Assembly (NCBI RefSeq): GCF_009914755.1
Contig: NC_060926.1
Length of the DNA stretch: 64,000 bases
Source: the human T2T-CHM13v2.0 reference genome, Homo sapiens
Reading direction: 5' to 3' (one strand)
The translations under genes were made by a program, and so were the position numbers. Position 1 is the first letter of the stretch; every line of letters starts with the position of its first letter. Positions 54,181 through 64,000 of the stretch are shown here, in pieces. A model generated the notes under the pieces. The model did not search any database and was not told the origin of the DNA. It saw only the letters and a list, made by a program, of their open reading frames with translations.

Positions 54181-54614
54181 AAAACCTGAAGGCCACTATA
54201 TGCTAATTATATAAGTAGCAGTGTTGCATGTTAAGAATTATTAAATTGTTGGTTTGGAGAAGATTTTGGAAAATGGAATAACGACTTGGGATGGGATAAC
54301 AAATGTATTTCTCTACTTATTTAAGTTAAAACACATCTTTATCAGATAATAACAGTATAAAACATGCTATGACTTACAGTAGTCCATTTTTCCTAACATC
54401 ATCACTGATAAAATTATAATAGTATATTATTTAAAGGAACACATGACATAAATTAATTTATTTTTGGCTTAATTTGTGCCCATTAAAGTAATGTGAAATC
54501 TGTTTTCTCTTAGATCTTGTTTAGTTGAATGAACATGGTTTTCTTTATTCAGCACTGAATGGTTAGTTATCAGGCTGTGTTGGTAAAGCGCAAGGTTGAG
54601 CAATTAAGATTAGG

Positions 54615-54800
54615 AAAGTGTTTGCCAAACCTATCTTATCATAAGACTAACTTGGGGTGCTCCTCAAAAATACAGATTATGGCACTACTCCAACCCTCCT
54701 GGATCATAATTTGGGCAAGGTGAACGTTATTGGAAATCTGTATTTTTAACAAGAGTGTAGGCGATTGTTTTATAATTAGAAAAGTCTTGAAATATTGAAC
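54615..54800. mobile_element. MER5-type DNA transposon
   Basis: 'agtgtttgccaaac...aaaaatacagatt...ggaaatctgtatttttaacaag' shows the internal inverted pattern of MER5. Confidence 0.55.
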
Positions 54801-56713
54801 TAAGCCAATTCTTCTCAGAAACATTCTGGAGATGATCTTTGCTTTTGAAGATCATTTCCTCTACTTCCCTACTCTTTCACCTTTCAGAACCAAAGAACAA
54901 TCCACATATTCTCCAACAACACATCACAACCAACACTTGGCCTTCTTTTTCCTCCTACATGCAGAGTTCATCAGATTACAGTCTGCATAGATCTCTGCTG
55001 TGTTTTGGAATAGCAAGACTTTTTAAGTATATTTTTTCACTAACAACTCCTGTGGTGAGGGGTTCATGTTGCTGAGGCCTCTGCTTAGCTTTAAGGAAAT
55101 ATAGAAGATTAAAATTTGGTTAATTCTGGCTTTACATTTAATACATTGGGATAGGCCTGCCATTTTCCCCTATAATAAATGGATAGAGGACATAAGTTGT
55201 TGGAATAATTTCCAAGCACTCATTTATACATTGTATTTTCAGGTAATACTCGATACCAGACACTTACTTCTTGGCTTCTAGTTCATTTTAGAACTTTTGC
55301 ACATTTTTAATTTTTTAACGTATGATAAGATTTTAATTTGATGTTTAAAAATTCACTATCAGACCTTTCACTTAGGGAAGCTAGCAACTCAATACGGTGT
55401 TTCTATAGGCTCTATGTTTTTCTTCAAAGTGATTTTTCTGCTAAAGATCCACCTTTAACTAATTTTAAATAACATTTGGGCATGCAAAAGCAAGACTTTA
55501 ATTTTTACAAAGTATCTACACAATGCCTTGCAAAAATAATGTCAGGAGAGCAAGATCTACCGCACATTTCTAACTCATAAGATCTTCTTTTAATGTAAGT
55601 ATGCTTAGTTCTTAATTGTTTTTTTCTCTACAGTAAAAATAAATTCATTCTTTTTGGAAACTTTTTTAGTACTAAGTAGCAGGGACTGCAGCTACTCATT
55701 TAGTTCATCAAAATCTTATGTTGCAACTCAGCAGTGTTTAGTGATGAAGAATTATTTTTATTTATATCTACTTAATACATGAATTCTGAATCAAAATAGC
55801 AGTTTTTTTAGGGCTAGAAGTTGACACATCTTGTAGCATGTAAGTACAACATATTCATAAAAAATAATTCATTTAGAAGCTGGACTCCCATATCCTTGAA
55901 TGCATAGCCACATTCATTTTAGCAGGCCATTCCTGGAAGATAGTACAGAAATTTACGAAGAAAACGTTACTGTTTGTTTTTTGACAAACACTTTCACACT
56001 AAGAGCACTGTGTTTAGGAGGGTGAATTGATGTCAAATGTTGAAACCTTCAATCTGCTGTATTTGTGATTTTTAAATCCACATATTTCTGTACATGACTT
56101 CAGTGCAATATTATATGACAGGTTTTGATATTTCTTTTCTAAAAATATTGGAGGCCTTAATCAAGAGGATCCTTGAAACATATCCACCTGACAGTTGGAG
56201 GACAATTCTATACCCCTAGAGGTGAGAACTTTTCATGTTATTTGATTTCATTTGATTAAATGGGATGATCTTTCCCTTTGGTGTTGAGGTGGTCATAGTT
56301 CATTACACCAACTGGCAGCAACAGATAGCAATACAGAAAAGCAGAAAGCCAAACTTTGAGTTATAAATGTTTCTATGGCAGTGACCCTTTGTGAATTTAA
56401 AAATTGAATTTAAGACCCCTTTTCGTCATTCTCCGTATTTTCAGTCTTGGTCAATAGGTCTGCCCCTAGAGTCAAAGTGTTTTATTACCCTACAAAGCTT
56501 TTAATTATGTGTTTGTGAGCCCAAATATATCCTAAAACAGCATGGTGGAAGCGATGGCCCAGTGCCTCTTTGTTGGAGGCATTCTTGTAAAACAAATTAT
56601 TTTTCTTATATGATCTTGGAATATATCCATTTCAGAATATATATGTTCAAGGTATCCAAAATATGTGTGTGTGTACATGCTTGTGTATAATATGTAGTAT
56701 AAACTACGATATG

Positions 56714-57720
56714 ATATAAATAAATAATATAAATATTAATTTATATTATTTATATAAATATTATATTTATATTATTTATATAAATATTATATTTATATTA
56801 TTTATATAAATATTATATTTATATTATTTATATAAATATTATATTTATATTATTTATATAAATATTATATTTATATTATTTATATAAATATTATATTTAT
56901 ATTATTTATATAAATATTATATTTATATTATTTATATAAATATTATATTTATATTATTTATATAAATATTATATTTATATTATTTATATAAATATTATAT
57001 TTATATTATTTATATAAATATTATATTTATATTATTTATATAAATATTATATTTATATTATTTATATAAATATTATATTTATATTATTTATATAAATATT
57101 ATATTTATATTATTTATATAAATATTATATTTATATTATTTATATAAATATTATATTTATATTATTTATATAAATATTATATTTATATTATTTATATAAA
57201 TATTATATTTATATTATTTATATAAATATTATATTTATATTATTTATATAAATATTATATTTATATTATTTATATAAATATTATATTTATATTATTTATA
57301 TAAATATTTATTTATATTATTTATATAAATATTATATTTATATTATTTATATAAATATTTATTTATATTATTTATATAAATATTATATTTATATTATTTA
57401 TATAAATATTTATTTATATTATTTATATAAATATTTATTTATATTTATATAAATAATATATAAATAAATATTTTATATGTATATAAATATTATTTATATT
57501 ATTTATTTAAATAAATAATATAAATTAATATAAATATTAATATTATTTATTTTATTATAAATAATATAAATATTATATTTATATTTATGATATTATAAAT
57601 ATTTATAATATGAAATATTTTATAAATATTATATTATTTATATAATTAAATAATATAAATATTTATTTATGCAATATAATATTTATATAATTTATATAAA
57701 TAAACAATATACATATATTT
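56714..57720. repeat. AT-only minisatellite with 26-bp unit TATATAAATATTATATTTATATTATT
   Basis: 21 perfect units at 56751-57296, then alternating 25/26-bp variants to ~57423, then degenerate AT-rich sequence. No G or C from 56714 to 57478. Confidence 0.98.
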
Positions 57721-58499
57721 ATGCAATATAATATGGCACTGAAGTCATGTACAGAAATATTTGAACTTGACTCCACTAAAGGCAGCAGAATAAATATTGT
57801 GTATATGTTTAAAATATTAAATATCCAAAGAGTTTTCATAAAAACTGAAACTGTGCTTTTGTATATTATTGAAAATAAGTATTTTATGAAGAAAAACATA
57901 TATTTTTAAAACTGCATATTTTTATAACATTAATTTCTTAACATAATGGAAACTAGAATCAACCTACAAAACCTTATCATTCCCAAAAGTATCTGATAAA
58001 AGTAACTTGTCATTCAATCGAGCCACCATGTATTAATAACTTTTCAAGTGAAAAATCTAAGATGAAATACCAAGACGAACAAGGCACTATTTTTGGTAAA
58101 GTGGCTCATATCAAAATTATAGTTAGTCTTGTGAAAATAATGAGTAATGTTTTTGGTGAACGAACAAAATATCACATATTTTTCTCGCTTTCTCTCAAAA
58201 CGGAAATATCTTGATCAATTTTTTCCTGATAACAAAGCAAATGTATGTCCATACTAAAAAAATTCAGACAATCCTGCTGAAACTTACTTCTTCTTGAACC
58301 TCCCTACCTCCCTACTTTCCTTCTCCACCCACCCTCTACTCCAGCTTTCCTATTTCACAAAGATAAAAATTGGATGTATATGTATACATGTATGTGTGGA
58401 TGTGTGCTTGCATATGTGTATGCTTGCATCTGTAGCACTTGGTATGTAGTTTAGTGCCTGGTACATGATAAGCACTAAATAGATGTAAGCTTAATTATA

Positions 58500-59500
58500 A
58501 TTTATAGGTGACTCGATTGCATATTTGGTCTTATAACTTTTTTGGTAACATGCCTTTTACTCTATACTGTGGCAGGGATTTTTTTTCACATATAATCATA
58601 TAGATCTCTCATGCATGTTGATGAATATTTTGCATTCATTTTATTGTTATATCTTAATTTGTTTTAACAAGTTCTGCTAGATGGTCATTTCATGGTTTAA
58701 ATTTATTTTTGCAAAAATGACAATGTTAAAATAAACATTGCCCTCCAAAAATATTGAACAAATTTATACTACCAAAACCAATAAATATGAGAAAACTGAT
58801 TTCTTTCTACTCTCATCAGTACTTGGCATTACTCGTACTTTCTCATCTTTGCTACTCTGAGGAATGACAGATGATATCACATGATTGAACTAACTGGCAT
58901 TTTTGTCAATTGTCTTTGATGTGATTATTAGTCATTGGTTTTCTTTGAGATTGCCTTTCCATGTCATGTAACCATTTCTTTTTGTGAAATTTTTATATGC
59001 TTTCAGTATGTGCTATTTCTTTACATATTATGAATATAAACTCCATTTCTCTCACATAGGTTGTAAGTTTTTTTCTTCAATTTATCACTTGTCTTTTGAT
59101 TTTTTATATTATATGGTATATTCTTCCATGCAGATATGTGTCAACTCTCTTTTTCTTTATGCTTTATAACCTTTGATGTCAAATTAGAAAGCTTTCTACT
59201 TCAAGACTTAGATAATACTTACTCTTATGGTTTTCCCATTACTTTTACAACTTTATTTTTTTATGCTAAAATCTCACCCATCTGTTTCATCTGAGAACTA
59301 TGCCCATGCATTTATGCCTTCAGATAAAATAACCATTTTCGGTTTTTGGTCAAAATATTGAATATCTATGAATTAATTTTGAGACAATTAATATCTTATC
59401 AATTCTGAATCTTCCTACCCATAACAAATATGCTATGCCTTTTCATGTATTTAACTTTTCCTTTATGTCCTTTTAGATATCTTTCTAATTCTTTGTATGG
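58500..59500 (-). mobile_element. Ancient L1 (L1ME) fragments
   Basis: Antisense L1 motifs such as 'aatttatactaccaaaacc', 'aattctgaatcttcctacccataacaaata'. Confidence 0.55.
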
Positions 59501-61639
59501 TTTTTGAATATTTCTGAAATTATATCTCTGCAGATATCCCTGCCAAAACTCTTGGAAAAGATCGGCTTTGGTTACTTTCCTCCCCTCTGAACAAATCTTC
59601 ATGGCAAAGGGAAAGAAGCATTCTATTTGGCTAGGTCCAGTGTGGCCCTTGAGTTAGGCCAGGGAAAAGGAGGGCATACAGGTTGGCGCCAACCCAATCC
59701 AAACCACCGGTCTGAGCAGGAATGCTGTGGGTGGGGTTTGAGTTTTAAACGAAGAGATGCTAGGTAGAAAAAGTAAGAGAATTTTATTTATACTAAATTC
59801 TTCTTTCTTTCCCTAAACTATGATTCATCTAAAGCACTAGCTCATCCCCATCGATGCTCTTTAAACCAGACACCGTCCCTCTTCTCTCCACTTTGGTATT
59901 CATGACTTCTGCCTCCACAATCTCATCAAAAATTAGCAAATTGGAATTAACAAACCTAGAATGTCACAACAAATCTTTGTCTTCACAAAGTTTTATATCA
60001 AATTGAGATTGTTTTTGAAAATGCTTCTATTTTTATTTCCATTTACTTAATGTTAATTTTTGCTCTACTTTTTCTTTCTTTCTTTCTTTCTTTTTTTTGC
60101 TTGGCTTGGCTTGGTAAACACAAGAAAATAAAGATTTTCAGATTTCTTCTTTATCTTGCTCTGAAATAAGATCTCTTTTTTTGTTCTTTGCGTGACACTG
60201 CTTGGAAACTTTCTTGGGGCTGTATTTTAATTATAGGATTCAAATCTATTATAATTTGGGGGTTGTAAATATGTGTCCAGAGACCTAGGATAAAGGGTAA
60301 AATTAAATCCATGTTCCCATTTTGATCCTGGGTTAGGCATAGCAATGAAAAGAACTAAACGTTCTAAATGGTTACAGTTCCAAACTAGGTAATTATTAAT
60401 GATTAATTGCTTCTCCATGTAAATAAAAATGATGAAGTTTAATCTATACATTGATTTCTACAGACCTGGAGTGATAATGGATTTTTTAAATAGTTTCTGA
60501 AATGTTTTTATTGTCCTTAACAATAAAATAGTCACCTAAAGCAAGTCGCAATTTACAGAAGAAAACCATTAACTAACATAGATTGGTTTATATGGCTACC
60601 TGTTTGTATACTTCAAGGGATATAGATTGATGAATATTTAATTTTCAGTACATTTATAAGTGATAAAAGAATCTATTACTTACCAGTGTTTGTTTTAAGG
60701 TGTGCTACCTCAAAGCACAAAAGAGATATAGAAATACTCTACCCTAAGATAAAAGGAGATGTTGCAAAATATTTAGAAACCAATGAAGATATTCCCTAAA
60801 AACCAATTATCATAGGATGTCCAATATTTGGAAGTGATGCCCCGATACCATTTTATGATAATAGATTATCTAACAAAGTTGAAAGTATAAATAATTATAA
60901 TAGCAAACAATGTTGTATGTGAATAAACTAGAACTTTTTTGTTTGGGTTTTGCAAAAAATAACACAGAGCTACAGACATTGTATATTATAATTAAGTAAA
61001 TGAAAATATTGGTTTTGATTTTGGAAAACTTTTCCTGCCACTTCCAATTTCTGTTATATTAATTTTAGTTATTATTTTAATCTTGCAGATTTATTCTTCA
61101 GCCATGCCAAGTTTATTATTCAGCTTTTACTATTTAAAAAATTTGATAGTCATATTTTCAGATTTCAAAATGCAGTAACTCCTGAATGTTTACACATATA
61201 TTAACACTTATATTTCCAATTTCTTCTCCTTATTATGTAATCTCTGACTCCATCGTTTCATCTCCAAATTTAGAGCTCTTGGGAGCTCCATGGGTTAGAA
61301 TTACTCACGTCTTTGGTGTAACTTGCTCAGGTACATTTTCCAGGATAAAGTTCCTCTGTGGCTTGTACATCGATATGAACCCATTTGCTTTCAGATTTCC
61401 ACATAGTTTAGGAAGCTGCTGTTTGTTGATGACACACTCACTCTTATTTTCAGCACTATCTACAGATTTGTTCTTTTTAGTATATCTTCACTGTCACTGA
61501 ATAGCATCATTGGAAAGAAGTGAAATACACCTGGGTGTTCAGTAGACCGTTTTGAACCAAAAGTCCAGTTCCCTTTTAACAACAAAGAATAGGAAAAAAA
61601 AAACCTACTTTCAGAAATATTTTTTATTTAAATTCATAT

Positions 61640-61895
61640 TTTTTCTGTCATTTTTGAGAGCTTTACTATGAACTATACTGAATGATAAATGTTTTATATG
61701 CATTTTCTCATTTAATCTTCATGTCACCCTCAAAGGTGCAGATTACGTTCCCCTTCTTATAAGGAAGAAAACTAAAGTTCAAAAAAGCTAAATAATTTGC
61801 CCAAATCATACAGGTAGAAAATAACAGATTTGAGAACTAAACCTATAGTTAGTTGTTGCCAGAAGCTATACTCTAATCACTCTACATACTGCCTT
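61640..61895 (-). mobile_element. MIR SINE
   Basis: 'ttctcatttaatcttca...ggaagaaaactaaagttcaaaaaagctaaataatttgcccaaatcataca'. Confidence 0.75.
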
Positions 61896-62049
61896 TCTAT
61901 AGTAGACCATTTGGTCTACTATTTCTAGTACACTTAGCTGCAAACACTTCTTATTGCCTATTATAAACTCAGTAGTTTCCTAGATGTTGTATTTGTAAAG
62001 ATGAATAAGGCAGTCTAGGTATACATCCTAATTCTTGAAGAATTTCAAA

Positions 62050-64000
62050 GGAAGGAGAGCAAGATGGCAGAATAAAAGTCTCCACTGATCGCCCTACTCC
62101 AGACAAGGACACCAATTTGACAACTATTTACACAGAAAAAACACCTTTATAAGAACCAAAAATCAGGTGAGCACTCATAGCACCTGGCTGGAACTTCATA
62201 TCACTGAAAGAGGCACTAACGAGGTAAACAAACAAACACAAAAAGTCCTGAATCGCTGATGCTACCTTTTCCCCAACCGCAGCAGCAGCGATGTGGTGCA
62301 GGTAGTATATCTGGGCACTGGAGGAAGGAGAGGACAGCAATTGTGAGGCATTGAACTCAGCACTGTCCCATTAAGGCACAAAGGAAAACAGGACCTAACT
62401 CAGCTGCCACCTGCCCATGGAGGGAACATTTAAACCAGCACTAGCCAGAGGGGAATTGCCAATCCCAGTGGTCTGAACTTGAGTTCCCACAAACCTCACC
62501 ACTGCGAGCTATAGTGCTCTGTCTCCAAGTAAACTTGAAAAGCAGCCTAAGCCATAAAGACTGCAATTCTCATGCGAGTCTAGGGCTGAACTGGGCCCAG
62601 AGACAGTGGACTGGGTGGGGTAGGGGGCCACAGGACATACTGAGACATCAGTTGGGATGGCTAAGGGAGCGCTGGCATCACCCCTCCTCTAACACCAGGT
62701 TGCACAGCGGCTCCAAAAGAGACCTCTTTATTCCTTTCTTCTGCTTGAGGAGAGGAACAGAAAGTGTAGAGAGGGCTTTGTCTTGCCTCTTGGAGACCAG
62801 CTCAGCCACTGCAAGACAGGGTATCGGTTAGAGTCATGAGGCCTCCATTCCAGGCCCTAGCTTTCAGACGACATTTCTAGACACACCCTGGGCCAGAAGG
62901 GAACCTGCTGCCTTGAAGGAAAGGGCCCAGTGCTGGCAGTATTTATCACCTGCTAACCGAAGAGCCTTTGGGACCTGAACAAGCAGCAGTGACACCCAGG
63001 TGCTACACCAACGGCATTAGATGAGCCTCTGAGACTTACTGGCTTTAGATGAGACTTGGCACATTACAAGCTGTGGTGGCTATGGGGCAAAACTCTTTCT
63101 GTTTGAGAAAAGCAGAGGGAAAAAGTAAAGGGGACTTTGTCTTACATCTTAGGTATCAGCATGGGCCACAGTGGGGTAAGCACCAAGTGGGATCTTAGGT
63201 CCCTGATTCCAGGTCTTGACTCTTGGATGGCATTTCTGGACCTGCCCTGGGCCAGAGGGTGCCCACTGCCATGAAGTGTGAGTCCTAGGTCAGGCAGCAT
63301 TCACCACAAGCTGACTTAAGAGCCCTGGGGCCTTAAGGTAATTTTGGAGGTAATCTGGCAGTAGTCCTCATGGCCTGGGTGGTGGTGGCTAAGGGTTGAG
63401 GCTCCTCTGCCTTTGGAAAGGGGAGAGAAGAGTAAAAGGACTACATCTTGTGGTTTGAGTGCCAGCTCAGCTGCAGTACTATAGAATACCAGGTAGACTT
63501 CTAAGGTTTTTGACTCTAGTCCCTGACTCCCAAAGAGCACCTCTGGACCCAGGGAAGAATGCAGACATGGATGGCTTTGCCACCTGCTGAGTGTAGAGCC
63601 TCAGGGCCTAGAGGGAACATAGGCAGTAGCCAGGGAGTGACTACAGCAGGCCTTGAGTGAAACTCAGCACTGTGCTTGCTTCAGGTCTGACCCAGTGCAG
63701 CCACAGTGGTCATGGCCACAAAGATGCTTCTGTCACTTCACTCCTAGCTTTAGGTGACTCAGAGCAGAGAGAGGGCCTCTGTTTGGGAGAAAGTATGGGA
63801 AGACAACAAGATTCTCTGCTTGGTAATCCCGAGAATTCTCCTAGATCTTGCTCAAGACCATCAAAGCGGTACCTCTACGAGTCTGCAAGAACCTCAGCGT
63901 TACTGAGGGTAGGGTGCCCTTTAAAGCAGTTACAGCTTAGATTAAAACACCTAAGTCTTTTTAAATATCTGTAAAGCCTTCCCAAGAAGGATGGGTACAT
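62050..64000 (+). mobile_element. 5' end (long 5'UTR) of an L1M1/L1MA-type LINE-1, running off the window
   Basis: Begins 'ggagagcaagatggcagaata' (canonical L1 start with YY1-like AAGATGGC). GC-richer UTR with recurring 'ccctgggccaga.ggg...ctgcc.tgaag' modules (~62887 and ~63245). Confidence 0.85.

Noticed and set aside
56751-57423. CRISPR-like array
   Set aside because: Head-to-tail identical units with no unique spacers, in a eukaryotic context with no cas genes.
62050-64000. CpG-island gene promoter
   Set aside because: GC-richer but CpG-depleted, and explained by an L1 5'UTR.

Overview
Primate, most likely human, AT-rich and CpG-depleted genomic DNA that looks intergenic or lncRNA-intronic. 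I find no supportable protein-coding gene: the listed ORFs derive from Alu, L1, LTR or microsatellite sequence, or look random. The window is a mosaic of Alu SINEs (J, S and Y classes, many with target-site duplications), MIR and L2 relics, L1 fragments, MaLR/ERVL solo LTRs and DNA transposons (Tigger3b, MER5, hAT-Tip100, a mini-MADE1). The L1s include a 5'-inverted L1PB and the 5' end of an L1M1-type element. The most notable locus is 43.8-44.8 kb, an old ERVL-type LTR with three unusual components: (i) an interstitial telomeric array, CA(CTAACC)11C, flanked by a 41-bp direct duplication with palindromic junctions; (ii) a decayed antisense fragment resembling the apolipoprotein A-IV coding sequence; (iii) a ~125-bp segment duplicated ~415 bp downstream. 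A second highlight is a 765-bp stretch with no G or C, built from a 26-bp near-palindromic minisatellite at 56.7-57.5 kb. Repeat subfamily names come from memory of consensus sequences, not from a database search, and old-repeat boundaries are approximate.
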